Assembly: GCA_019246215.1 (NCBI GenBank) | Contig: JAFAQT010000001.1 | Span: forward strand, 5,225 to 69,224 | Source of the DNA: Verrucomicrobiota bacterium | Lineage (GTDB): Bacteria; Verrucomicrobiota; Verrucomicrobiia; Chthoniobacterales; JAFAMB01 | DNA: 64,000 nt | Reading direction: 5' to 3' | Shown: positions 27,219 to 36,519 of the stretch, in pieces | Numbering within the stretch: position 1 is the first letter of the stretch | Layout of the letters: every line of letters starts with the position of its first letter | The notes under the pieces: model-generated | What the model saw: the letters and a program-made list of their open reading frames with translations, nothing else | Database searches by the model: none | Told to the model about the DNA's origin: nothing | Translations under genes and position numbers: made by a program

Positions 27219-27567
27219 AAGATCGCAAAGCTAACGCGAGATCACGTCACATGCCAGTGAAGGTGGCCTGAACCAGACCTACTCCTGAAACCATTGCTGC
27301 CGGTGAACGTAAAAGTTCCGGTCGTGAGTTCTACACCCTTACTCTGGAACCGGAAACCTGCATATTTTCAACGTAAAAACAGGTGAAATCCATGCCCCCT
27401 CGCGAAGTCCATGTGAGCAATGCTTCCCGGTTTGCTCGCTTGTGACGCCGAGCTTAAATTGCTGACGAAAACTTGCCTCTGAAATTCCTGGATAAGTTGC
27501 TTCTCATCAGCGTTCCTTTGCCGCCATAATTGGCTTGCGCGATTTCCAAGCCATAGGTCTTTGTCCA

Positions 27568-27999
27568 ATGACTTCTTCTGATATTATCCGGCTCCTGGAT
27601 CTGAAACCGCATCCTGAGGGTGGCCACTATCGCGAAACAATCCGAGATCCGATGACTTACGCTGGCCGACCTGTTTCCACTGCCATCTATTTTTTGCTGG
27701 CTGCCGAGGAGGTTTCCCATTGGCACCGGATCGATTCCATTGAAGTCTGGCACTGGTATGCCGGGGCACCGCTGGCCCTTTCCATCTATGCCGACGGCGA
27801 ACAGATCGTGAACGTGCGCCTAGGCACGGATTTGATCTCGGGAGAACGTCCGCAAGCGTTCGTTCCAGCAGGAAACTGGCAATCCGCGCGAACCCTCGGA
27901 CCGTGGACATTAGCCGGCTGCACGGTGGCTCCAGGGTTTCAGTTTGACCGCTTTGAAATGGCTCCGCCCGGATGGGAACCGTTAAAGAGAAGGATTTGA
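27568..27999 (+). CDS. cupin-fold protein (DUF985-like)
   Basis: MTSSDIIRLLDLKPHPEGGHYRETIRD...IYFLL...SHWHRIDSIEVWHWYAG is typical of the DUF985 cupin family. I prefer the ATG at 27568. Confidence 0.7.
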   Translation: MTSSDIIRLLDLKPHPEGGHYRETIRDPMTYAGRPVSTAIYFLLAAEEVSHWHRIDSIEVWHWYAGAPLALSIYADGEQIVNVRLGTDLISGERPQAFVPAGNWQSARTLGPWTLAGCTVAPGFQFDRFEMAPPGWEPLKRRI

Positions 28000-28064
28000 A
28001 CAGCTTTTTCCAGTCAGTTATCTGGAACAGCCTTGCTCCTACGCCTCCTGATTCCTGCTTTCCA

Positions 28065-28502
28065 GTCACCGACCAGTACTCGTAAAAGATGCTCTGAATC
28101 TCTTGAGTATCCTTGTCTTAGTGAGCGCGACGGTTAAAAGAATAAGCGCGTCGGAAACGACGAAACGCGCTTGTCATCGTTCACTTCGTCGTTCCGAGCG
28201 ACTATCCCATTTCCAACTCTGGCGCTGCGAACGATTAGGATTCCTTTGGCCCGGGCATCTGCCAGCGCTTGCTCCCTCAACTCCGAGGGATGACCGTCGC
28301 CGACTCCGACATAAACAATCCGTGTGGGCCATTGACGCGAAGGCGTCCACCGCAGTCCGCGAAACATTCGCAAAAGCATAGGCGATCTCGACGTTGGCAG
28401 CTTGTCGTCTCCGGAAATGTCGAACTCAGAACTCGCTGTCTGCTTGCGGGCGGCGATCGATAGAGGGGGACGCATCGCGCCAACCATGAGAATCGGCTTG
28501 TC
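28065..28502 (-). pseudogene. L-asparaginase C-terminal fragment, frameshifted and truncated
   Basis: One frame gives DKPILMVGAMRP ... IVYVGVGDGHPSELREQALADARAKGILIVRSARVGNGIV...DDKR. The match then continues in another frame as FVVSDAL..ILLTVALTKT. The N-terminal third of the enzyme is missing and tRNA-Pro occupies that position. Confidence 0.5.
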
Positions 28503-28599
28503 GCTTTTGCTACGCAGCTTCTTCGAGGATGCCGGTTCCATGCGTGACAACCATCCCGCCTGTCTCCGCTGCTTTTCCGTCTTGGTATGGAGCACCTGA

Positions 28600-28673
28600 T
28601 CGGGCTGGTGGGATTCGAACCCACGGCCTCCACGTCCCGAACGTGGCGCTCTACCAAGCTGAGCCACAGCCCG
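28600..28673 (-). tRNA. tRNA-Pro (anticodon CGG)
   Basis: The reverse complement CGGGCTGTGGCTCAGCTTGGTAGAGCGCCACGTTCGGGACGTGGAGGCCGTGGGTTCGAATCCCACCAGCCCGA folds by hand as a cloverleaf with anticodon loop TTCGGGA. CCA is not encoded. Confidence 0.9.
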
Positions 28674-28724
28674 TTATGAACGAGAGCTCGGACGTTATAT
28701 CTCCATGGGTGAGAAAGCAACTGC

Positions 28725-30041
28725 TCATTTGTTCATCCGACGGGTTGCTCGAAAGTAGGCTGCGACGCCGTCCGCGACGCCCTCAACATATTCCTCGAAA
28801 ATATTCGGCCGCATGACGCCTCCGAAATTGCGAAGGCCTTCATACTCTCCGGCCTGAATGCGCGCGAAGAACTCGAGGCTGTTCATCACGTAGGGTTCGA
28901 TAAAGATGACCGGGCATTGGTAGAGACGATTTGCCAATAAGTTGCGAGTCCACACGTACCCCGAATTGCCCACGCTCTTCGCATTTGAACTGGAATACCG
29001 ATAGGGCGGAAGACCGGTAAGCCTCGCCATGGATCGAGCTACAAATTCGGAACAGCTCAACTCCTCTGAATAGGTCCGATTCAGAAGCTTTAACAACATG
29101 GCAAAACGTTCGTCGTCAAAACCGAGTTCACTCAGACTGTAAGCCCCATTGATCAACAAGTGAAGATGATTTACCGAGGCAAGCACCGGATGAGCGGGAG
29201 TGCCCCAGGGTTCCGCATTAAAGTGCAGGCAGAGGACCAAGTCCGGTTTAATCTTTTCATTGACGATTTTGGCGCGGGCATGGATCTCGTCGACTCGATA
29301 GAACAATCTTTCAGCTTCCCATGGGACCGAGTCTTCGCGGTTTGGATCGTCTGGTCCGGAGTAGGATCGGAGAATTTTTGTAACGCCTCGCTCACGCAAC
29401 GAAGCCTCGGCCTGAAATTTGAGCCCTTCGGGGCGGATCGTTGTTACCGGGCCGGGAGCCGATCGCACCAAGGTCACCTTTGCTCCAAGGCTTTGGAGCC
29501 GCGGAGCAAGAATTTGGGCGACTCGCAAGGTCAGGTCCCCTTCGGTCACTGGGATTGAGTCCCCGATTTGAAACCAGCGTTCTTCCATCTTTGCCCAGAT
29601 TCCACCTAAATGGCCTGGATCGATGGCGATTTTTACGTCACTAAGGGGCAACTCATTGTTCGGCGTTAAACTCTCTGCTGGGGTCCAATAGCGCGGAACC
29701 GGTTTGCTCGTTTCTGCGCTCGAGGCGAATCTTAGGACGAACTGGTTCGAAGCATTTTCCTGGATAAGCGCTCGGATCGCTTCCAGCTTAATCCATTGGG
29801 CTCCGGCTCCGTTCGGCGCGTAAACCGAATCGAGCAGATCAGCGAATTCGTCGTGCGTGATTGTTTCCTGAAATCCATTGAGCTGATCCCAATCCGGAAC
29901 ACAAGAAAGCGGCGTCAGCCGCTGAGCAAAACAGACGACCGGGATCAAGGCGAGCGACAGGCAGAGGGGGAAACGCCGACCGTGCCGATACGCAATCACG
30001 TCCGCCGAGCCCTCTCTCCCGCAATTTGATTCGGGAATCAC
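28725..30041 (-). CDS. N-acetylmuramoyl-L-alanine amidase family protein (Amidase_3-like), secreted
   Basis: IAIDPGHLGG, CLHFNAE and FIEPYVMNS correspond to the Zn-ligand blocks of the Amidase_3 fold. An N-terminal signal-like segment is present. Confidence 0.55.
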   Translation of the reverse strand: MIPESNCGREGSADVIAYRHGRRFPLCLSLALIPVVCFAQRLTPLSCVPDWDQLNGFQETITHDEFADLLDSVYAPNGAGAQWIKLEAIRALIQENASNQFVLRFASSAETSKPVPRYWTPAESLTPNNELPLSDVKIAIDPGHLGGIWAKMEERWFQIGDSIPVTEGDLTLRVAQILAPRLQSLGAKVTLVRSAPGPVTTIRPEGLKFQAEASLRERGVTKILRSYSGPDDPNREDSVPWEAERLFYRVDEIHARAKIVNEKIKPDLVLCLHFNAEPWGTPAHPVLASVNHLHLLINGAYSLSELGFDDERFAMLLKLLNRTYSEELSCSEFVARSMARLTGLPPYRYSSSNAKSVGNSGYVWTRNLLANRLYQCPVIFIEPYVMNSLEFFARIQAGEYEGLRNFGGVMRPNIFEEYVEGVADGVAAYFRATRRMNK

Positions 30042-30078
30042 GAGAACTTATATAAGACCAATCATCAGGGTGTACGCA

Positions 30079-30966
30079 ATGCTTCGACTTTTATTCCTCG
30101 GCGACATTATTGGAGAACCTGGGCGCAAAGCGGTGATCGAAATGGTTCCAAGGCTCAGGCAACGGTGGGGGATCGATTTTATCATAGTCAACGGCGAAAA
30201 CGCCGCCGCAGGTCGTGGAATTACCGGGAGGATTACGATCGATCTGTTGCGGGCAGGGATCGCAGTAATCACCAGCGGAGATCATATCTGGGATCAGAAA
30301 GAGGTGAATTCCTATATCGAAACGGAACCGCGGCTCCTGCGTCCGATCAATTATCCCTTTGGCACGCCTGGGAAAGGTTCAATCGTGCTCGAGACCGCTA
30401 AGGGCAAGGTCGGAGTGATCAACGTGCAAGGAAGGACATTTATGCAGCCGAGCCTGGAGAATCCGTTTCGGCACATTGAAGAAGAGGTAGGTCGAATGCG
30501 CACGGAGACGCACGTAATATTTGTGGATGTCCATGCGGAAACCACCAGCGAGAAAATTGCGCTTGGGCGATTTCTGGATGGAAAAGTATCGGCTGTGGCT
30601 GGCACGCACACCCATGTGCAGACCGCCGACGAACAGATATTCCCAGGAGGAACAGCGTTTATTTGCGACGCGGGGATGTGTGGGCCGGACGAATCAGTTT
30701 TGGGCCGCGAAATCCTGCCGATCATTCAGCGTTTCATGACCAGTATGCCGGCCAATTTTCCCGTAGCCAAAGGGGAGGTGACAATTCACGGGATTTTGGT
30801 GGACATTGACACGGTGACCGGTCACGCGAAATCGATACGACGGGTCGCCGAACCGCACGCCCCAGAAGCCGTTGCGCCTGTGGATGGATCTCCCGCTCTT
30901 CGGGACAAAGAGCCGATAGGATCGTCTCCTCGCAAGACTGATGTCCAGGCGATTCCGGACGGATAG
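30079..30966 (+). CDS. ymdB: YmdB-family metallophosphoesterase (2',3'-cyclic-nucleotide phosphodiesterase-like)
   Basis: MLRLLFLGDIIGEPGR, VNGENAAAGRGIT, GDHIWD, DVHAETTSEK and GTHTHVQTADE motifs. A Pro/Ala-rich C-terminal extension of about 35 aa follows. Confidence 0.8.
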   Translation: MLRLLFLGDIIGEPGRKAVIEMVPRLRQRWGIDFIIVNGENAAAGRGITGRITIDLLRAGIAVITSGDHIWDQKEVNSYIETEPRLLRPINYPFGTPGKGSIVLETAKGKVGVINVQGRTFMQPSLENPFRHIEEEVGRMRTETHVIFVDVHAETTSEKIALGRFLDGKVSAVAGTHTHVQTADEQIFPGGTAFICDAGMCGPDESVLGREILPIIQRFMTSMPANFPVAKGEVTIHGILVDIDTVTGHAKSIRRVAEPHAPEAVAPVDGSPALRDKEPIGSSPRKTDVQAIPDG

Positions 30967-31264
30967 CCAGCTTTCTGTCGCTCCTGGCCGAGATGCCGCC
31001 GCGGCAACGGAGCAAGGAGGGCGGTTCCTTTTCTCCCCGAAGACTCAGGGTCAAATCGATCGTCCGTGCATCCAAAGAATCCTGTTGACGGGGTGGCACT
31101 CTTTGTTAAATTTCGGGCTCGTTTGGCGGACCTTGAGCAGCGAGCTTAATGCCCCTAATCTACAGGGACTTAAAGATTGGGACCCAATGCTTCTTGATTT
31201 CAATCTCCAACGGCGCGATTCAGTCAGTCTTGGTACCATTGTAAGTTGGCCGAAAACGGCACCT

Positions 31265-31340
<76 letters not shown>

Positions 31341-31405
31341 TGTCCCGCCAGTATCGAGACGATTTGAAAAAAGACATTAGCAGCAAGACTAAAAGGAGAC
31401 CCTAA

Positions 31406-32590
31406 ATGGCTAAGGATAAATTTGAAAGATCCAAACCGCACGTGAACGTAGGCACCATTGGCCACGTCGACCATGGAAAGACCACGTTGACGGCCGCTAT
31501 CACGACGGTTCTGGCCGAAAAGGGCATGGCCCAGGCGACGCGGTACGACCAGATCGATAACGCTCCTGAAGAAAAAGAACGCGGTATCACGATCAATACC
31601 GCGCATGTGGAATATTCGACTGAAAAGCGGCACTATGCACACGTGGATTGTCCGGGTCATGCTGACTACGTCAAGAATATGATCACCGGCGCCGCGCAGA
31701 TGGATGGCGCTATCCTTGTCGTTTCGGCTGCCGACGGCCCAATGCCGCAGACCCGTGAACACATTCTGCTGGCCCGCCAGGTTGGTGTGCCTTCAATCGT
31801 AGTATTCCTGAACAAGTGCGACATGGTGGATGATACCGAGCTTCTTGACCTTGTGGAAATGGAGGTGCGCGATCTTCTCTCGCAATACGAGTTCCCGGGC
31901 GACACGATTCCGATCGTCAAAGGGAGCGCGTTGAAAGCGTTGGAAGGCGATCCCAAATCCAAAGACGCCATTCACCAGTTGATGGCAGCGGTTGATGAAT
32001 ATATTCCACTTCCGGAACGCCCCATCGATCAGCCATTTCTCATGCCGATCGAAGATGTGTTCAACATTGAAGGTCGGGGCACAGTGGTCACCGGGCGTGT
32101 AGAGCGCGGGATCCTCAAAAAGATGGAGGAAGTCGAGATCGTCGGAATACGACCAACAACGAAAACGACCGTCACCGATATTGAAATGTTCCGTAAACTC
32201 CTCGACGAAGCTCGCGCCGGTGACAACGTCGGTGTTCTACTTCGTGGCATAAAGAAGGAAGATGTGGAACGGGGGCAGGTTGTGGCGAAACCCGGTACGA
32301 TCCATCCTCATAAAAAGTTCAAGGCAGAAGTGTACGTCCTGAGCAAAGAAGAAGGTGGCCGTCATACTCCATTCTTCACCAATTACCGACCGCAATTCTA
32401 TTTCCGCACCACAGACGTGACTGGGACCGTAAAATTGCCCGATGGCGTGGAAATGGTGATGCCGGGTGACAATGTCTCAATAGAGGTTGACCTGATTACC
32501 CCGATCGCGATGGAGAGGACAATCCGCTTTGCTATTCGCGAGGGTGGGCGAACGGTTGGCGCGGGTCGTGTCGCCGATATTCTTGACTAA
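31406..32590 (+). CDS. tuf: elongation factor Tu
   Basis: [17 protein letters not shown] and NKCD motifs. 394 aa. Confidence 0.98.
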   Translation: MAKDKFERSKPHVNVGTIGHVDHGKTTLTAAITTVLAEKGMAQATRYDQIDNAPEEKERGITINTAHVEYSTEKRHYAHVDCPGHADYVKNMITGAAQMDGAILVVSAADGPMPQTREHILLARQVGVPSIVVFLNKCDMVDDTELLDLVEMEVRDLLSQYEFPGDTIPIVKGSALKALEGDPKSKDAIHQLMAAVDEYIPLPERPIDQPFLMPIEDVFNIEGRGTVVTGRVERGILKKMEEVEIVGIRPTTKTTVTDIEMFRKLLDEARAGDNVGVLLRGIKKEDVERGQVVAKPGTIHPHKKFKAEVYVLSKEEGGRHTPFFTNYRPQFYFRTTDVTGTVKLPDGVEMVMPGDNVSIEVDLITPIAMERTIRFAIREGGRTVGAGRVADILD

Positions 32591-32625
32591 ATTGTAGATA
32601 GAGAAATCGAGAGGATTTGCAGAGT

Positions 32626-32660
32626 GAGGTGGTCCGGCGCATGCCGGACCCTCCTTTTTT
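32626..32660 (+). terminator. rho-independent terminator after tuf
   Basis: GGTCCGGC-gcat-GCCGGACC is a perfect 8-bp GC stem with flanking GAGG/CCTC pairing, followed by TTTTTT. Confidence 0.75.
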
Positions 32661-32675
32661 GAAGCGATCAAAGTG

Positions 32676-32748
32676 AGGTCAGTAGCTCAATTGGTAGAGC
32701 AGCGGTCTCCAAAACCGCCGGTTGGGGGTTCGAGTCCCTCCTGACCTG
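32676..32748 (+). tRNA. tRNA-Trp (anticodon CCA)
   Basis: AGGTCAGTAGCTCAATTGGTAGAGCAGCGGTCTCCAAAACCGCCGGTTGGGGGTTCGAGTCCCTCCTGACCTG is a 73-nt cloverleaf. It sits in the usual tuf / tRNA-Trp / secE position. Confidence 0.9.
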
Positions 32749-32825
32749 TTTTTTGAGAGTTTACCGGACCATCCCGTTGGCGTGGAAAGATGAAATAAAT
32801 CGGGTTAAACTCTCGCTTTAAAGTT

Positions 32826-33038
32826 ATGATCGGTCGCTTAAAAGGGTTTTTAGTCGAGGTGAGAACAGAACTGGAGAAATGCAGCTGGCCCTGGGATCCG
32901 AAGGAAAAGGGAATCAGGAAATACCGCGAACTCATTGATTCGACGGCGGTCGTAGTGGTGGCAATGTTGCTCTTGAGCGGGTATATAGCATTTTGGGATC
33001 TGGTGATGGTGAATCTCGTCAAGCTGTTGGTGCCGTGA
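32826..33038 (+). CDS. secE: preprotein translocase subunit SecE
   Basis: 70 aa with FLVEVRTELEKCSWP and a single C-terminal TM helix. It lies immediately upstream of nusG. Confidence 0.85.
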   Translation: MIGRLKGFLVEVRTELEKCSWPWDPKEKGIRKYRELIDSTAVVVVAMLLLSGYIAFWDLVMVNLVKLLVP

Positions 33039-33055
33039 GTCGCAGGTGACTCTAT

Positions 33056-33619
33056 ATGAGTGAATTGGATAAAAGTCAGTGGTTCGTCGTGCATGTGCTC
33101 TCTGGGCAGGAACAGAAAGTCTTCGATAATCTTACGCGGCGAATAAAGACCGAGGAGATGGGTGACCTTGTCTACGGAGTCTTGATTCCCACGGAGCGAG
33201 TTTCCGAAATCAAGCGAGGGAAACGAACCGAAACAACTCGAAAGTTTTTCCCCGGCTACCTGATTGTGAACATGTATTTGCTCGACCAGCAAAACCAACT
33301 GGTCGAGCGGACTTGGTATTTTATTCGCGAAACCCCTGGAGTGCTCGGGTTTGCCGGTACGAAAGATCGGCCGGTGCCGATGCGGCCACAGGAGGTCGAA
33401 AGCATGCTGGCACAAATCCGGCAACTGGAAGACAAGGTTAAACCTAAGGTCAGCTTTGAGGTCGGAGAAACGGTAAAGGTCGCGGATGGCCCTTTTCAGA
33501 ACCAGAGCGGTGTGGTGGAAGAGATTGATCCTGACCGCGGAAAGCTGCGAGTTTCGGTTAGCATCTTCGGCCGATCGACTCCGGTCGAGCTGGAATACTG
33601 GCAGGTGGAAAGAGGATAG
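33056..33619 (+). CDS. nusG: transcription termination/antitermination factor NusG
   Basis: WFVVHVLSGQEQKV NGN domain, FPGYLIV, and the KOW motif GETVKVADGPF. Confidence 0.95.
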   Translation: MSELDKSQWFVVHVLSGQEQKVFDNLTRRIKTEEMGDLVYGVLIPTERVSEIKRGKRTETTRKFFPGYLIVNMYLLDQQNQLVERTWYFIRETPGVLGFAGTKDRPVPMRPQEVESMLAQIRQLEDKVKPKVSFEVGETVKVADGPFQNQSGVVEEIDPDRGKLRVSVSIFGRSTPVELEYWQVERG

Positions 33620-33645
33620 TTGATTCAACCTGAATCACAAGCATT

Positions 33646-34071
33646 ATGGCGAAAGAAGTTGTTGCGACGATCAAGCTCCAGATCCCGGCTGGCCAGGCCA
33701 ACCCCGCTCCTCCCGTCGGTCCCGCTCTTGGTCAGAATGGCGTCAATATCATGGCCTTCTGCAAAGAGTTTAATGCGGCGACCCAGAAACAGGTTGGAGA
33801 CATCCTCCCTGTCGTTATCACCGTCTATAAAGATAAGAGTTTTACGTTCATTACCAAAGCGCCTCCTGCCTCGATGCTGCTCAAAAAAGCCGCTAACATT
33901 GCAGCTGGCTCGAAAGAGCCAAATAAGATCAAGGTGGCCAAATTAACAAAGAGTCAGGTGATGGACATTGTTAAGCTAAAAATGAAAGACATGAATTCTC
34001 GTTCAGAAGAAGCTGCCTACCGTACATTGGTTGGGACCGCTCGTCAGATGGGCATCGAAGTGGAAGAATAA
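33646..34071 (+). CDS. rplK: 50S ribosomal protein L11
   Basis: [34 protein letters not shown]. Confidence 0.97.
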   Translation: MAKEVVATIKLQIPAGQANPAPPVGPALGQNGVNIMAFCKEFNAATQKQVGDILPVVITVYKDKSFTFITKAPPASMLLKKAANIAAGSKEPNKIKVAKLTKSQVMDIVKLKMKDMNSRSEEAAYRTLVGTARQMGIEVEE

Positions 34072-34217
34072 AACGCGTGCGACGGGACCAGATGCGGGTG
34101 TGGATCACGCGGACTGAAAAGCAACTGGATTGCAGGTCTGTTTCCCGTGCAGGCCAATAACCTCCAGTTAACCTAATCGCAGGAGGGCTGGTGAGCCCGC
34201 CATGACTGCAAGCAAAA

Positions 34218-34919
34218 ATGAAAGTAGCAAATCGCAGTAAACGTTATCGCGCTTGCCTCGATCTCATCGGGCCCGCGAAAACGTATTCGTTGGAGGAGGC
34301 AGTTGAAAAGCTGAAAACGCTTCCGCCTCCAAAGTTCAATCAAACCGTCACCTTGTCGTTCAGACTTGGTGTGGATCCGCGTCAATCCGACCAGATGGTT
34401 CGCGGAACCTGTCCATTACCCCATGGAAGTGGCAATCTGGTCCGTGTGCTTGTCTTTGCTCAGGGCCATGCCGCGGAAGCTGCCAGGGAAGCAGGCGCCG
34501 AGTACGTGGGCTTTGAAGACCTGATCAAGAAATGCCAAGAAGGTTTTCAGGATTTCGATGTGGCGATCGCAACGCCTGGTGCCATGTCAGAAGTACGCAA
34601 GCTCGGCAAGATCCTTGGTCCCAGAGGATTGATGCCAAACCCGAAGACAGGCACAGTCACCGAAGACACCGGCAAGGCTGTCCGAGAAGTGAAGGCCGGA
34701 CGTGTTGAATTCAAGCTCGACAAGAACGCCAACGTCGCCGTGCCAATGGGCAAAGTTTCTTTTCAACCCAAGGCGCTGGTTGAAAATGGTTCCGCGGTGA
34801 TCGAGGCCGTGGTTAAGGCGCGGCCCGCAACGGCAAAGGGCAAGTTCGTTCACAACATCACTATGAGCGCAACGATGAGTCCCGGGTTGCGAGTTGATGC
34901 GACACCTTTCTTAAAATAG
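34218..34919 (+). CDS. rplA: 50S ribosomal protein L1
   Basis: SKRYRA..., [24 protein letters not shown], and [19 protein letters not shown]. Confidence 0.95.
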   Translation: MKVANRSKRYRACLDLIGPAKTYSLEEAVEKLKTLPPPKFNQTVTLSFRLGVDPRQSDQMVRGTCPLPHGSGNLVRVLVFAQGHAAEAAREAGAEYVGFEDLIKKCQEGFQDFDVAIATPGAMSEVRKLGKILGPRGLMPNPKTGTVTEDTGKAVREVKAGRVEFKLDKNANVAVPMGKVSFQPKALVENGSAVIEAVVKARPATAKGKFVHNITMSATMSPGLRVDATPFLK

Positions 34920-34937
34920 TAGGAGGGATTAGCAGAA

Positions 34938-35480
34938 ATGAGACCTGAAAAAGCTACCATCGTCGAAGATCTCTCCACAAAGTTGAATAAGTCCCCATTC
35001 TTGCTAATAACCGAATACTCTGGGATGAATGTGCTTCAGTTTTTCGAACTGCGGTCACGCTTAGCCCGAGCCGGCGCTCAGTGCAGAGTCGTTAAGAATA
35101 CTTTTCTGCGCAGAGCCGCTGCAGAGGTGGGATATCCGGATCTAGCCGATAGCCTTAACGGTCAGACTGCAATCGTGACCGGAGAAGGCGATGTCTGCGC
35201 AGCCGCAAAAATTCTGAAGGGTTTTTCGGCTGAATTCCAAAGGCCGTCCGTCAAGATCGGAGTTTTGGACAAGCTAATAATCTCTAAGGAGCAAATCCGT
35301 GAGCTCGCTGATCTGCCACCCAAGGATATTCTCCAGTCACAGCTGTTGGGAGTTCTAAAGTCGCCGTTACAGAAGCTAGTGATATTGCTCAATGAACCAG
35401 GTACATCACTAGCCCGCTTGCTGAATGCCAGAGTAGAAAAGGAGAGCGCAGGCGCGGGTCAGGAAGGCGTGGAAGCGTAA
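34938..35480 (+). CDS. rplJ: 50S ribosomal protein L10
   Basis: Position between rplA and rplL. Contains F..LR..LR..GA..RVVKNTF and the L10 helix region. Confidence 0.9.
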   Translation: MRPEKATIVEDLSTKLNKSPFLLITEYSGMNVLQFFELRSRLARAGAQCRVVKNTFLRRAAAEVGYPDLADSLNGQTAIVTGEGDVCAAAKILKGFSAEFQRPSVKIGVLDKLIISKEQIRELADLPPKDILQSQLLGVLKSPLQKLVILLNEPGTSLARLLNARVEKESAGAGQEGVEA

Positions 35481-35620
35481 GCGCCAATAAGAAATTTTCG
35501 AGACGTGGAAGAAGCCACACGTCGCGAGCAAGAGAAAAATGGTTCCTCGTCGGGGTCCGCGGCTGCGGATTCTGAAATGCCCTGAGGCTTCGGGGCGCGA
35601 CGATACCGAGAGAAAGTAAA

Positions 35621-36010
35621 ATGGCAGATACAAATCAAATAGTTGAGCAACTCAGCGCTCTTACCGTTCTGGAAATCGCTGATCTGGTAAAAAGACTCGA
35701 GGAGAAATGGGGGGTCAGCGCAGCCGCTCCGGTAGCTGTTGCAGCGGCACCTGCGGCAGGCGCGGGCGGGGCGGCGGCTCCTCCGGTGGAAGAGAAAACA
35801 GCCTTTGACGTCATCCTCAAAGAAATTGGACCCAACAAGATCGCGGTGATCAAGGAAGTCCGTGCTTCGGTTCCGGGCCTCGGATTGGCCGAGGCGAAGG
35901 CGCTGGTTGAAAGCGCGCCAAAACCGGTGAAGGAGGGTGTCCCCAAACAGGAGGCCGAAGACATCAGGAAAAAGATCGAAGCAGCCGGCGCGAAGGTCGA
36001 AATCCAATAA
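35621..36010 (+). CDS. rplL: 50S ribosomal protein L7/L12
   Basis: An Ala-rich hinge [20 protein letters not shown] is followed by [25 protein letters not shown]. Confidence 0.97.
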   Translation: MADTNQIVEQLSALTVLEIADLVKRLEEKWGVSAAAPVAVAAAPAAGAGGAAAPPVEEKTAFDVILKEIGPNKIAVIKEVRASVPGLGLAEAKALVESAPKPVKEGVPKQEAEDIRKKIEAAGAKVEIQ

Positions 36011-36042
36011 ATCGCTGAGGGGCACGATGTCCGTCGAAAACT

Positions 36043-36088
36043 GCGGGACGCCCGGGCGCATTCGAAGCGTCCCGCAACTTGGTTTCCA
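36043..36088 (+). terminator. candidate attenuator/terminator hairpin after rplL
   Basis: GCGGGACGC (36043..36051) pairs perfectly with GCGTCCCGC (36067..36075). It is followed by AACTTGGTTT, a weak U-tract. Confidence 0.35.
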
Positions 36089-36519
36089 ATGCATACCAGT
36101 TACGATATGCTCCTTTCTACCGCCAGTCCGGCTCGGACGGGGTTGCTGGCCGCCCCATTTTTGATGCAAGGCTGCTGCACCGTCACGGACTTGGTGTGAG
36201 CTTGTCGTTTTTCAGGTGATTCTTGCCGATTGGGCACTCGCCAAAAACATACAGTCTCGGGTTCGCGCGTTAAATTAAAAGTACTTGCGGAGCCGCCTTG
36301 TCTGCGTATACTAGGGTTCCGTTAACCGCGGGAACATCGAGATATCGCTCGCAAGTTACAAGAGATAACAAGGGGGCCGCTCCATCAGCGTGGCGAATTT
36401 GACAAGCCACGCGCGTGGGGCTATTTGTCTTCCCCTTTGTTGTTGAAACCTTCACCTAGCCGCTAGTCTGCGGGGGGGCGGGAGACTTTGCCCCGGGCGG
36501 TCAGCTAGCACGTTATCGT

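Noticed and set aside
27305-27318. GAAC-N6-GTTC palindrome (flanked by CCGG) about 90 bp upstream of the UvrA fusion, considered as a LexA/SOS box
   Set aside because: The spacing and orientation do not match the LexA motifs I can recall (GAAC-N4-GTTC Cheo box, CTGT-N8-ACAG, TGTTC-N4-GAACA). A single occurrence is not enough evidence.
28134-28720. Two overlapping minus-strand ORFs (177 and 147 aa) treated as intact genes
   Set aside because: Both run through tRNA-Pro. Only the part below about 28502 carries asparaginase-like sequence, and it is frameshifted, so I report it as a relic rather than as CDSs.
32687-33628. 313-aa minus-strand ORF
   Set aside because: It is a shadow ORF covering tRNA-Trp, secE and nusG, which are all well supported on the plus strand.
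36270-36455. 61-aa minus-strand ORF in the rplL-rpoB spacer
   Set aside because: It has no start context or motifs. The region is better explained as an rpoB leader or promoter region.
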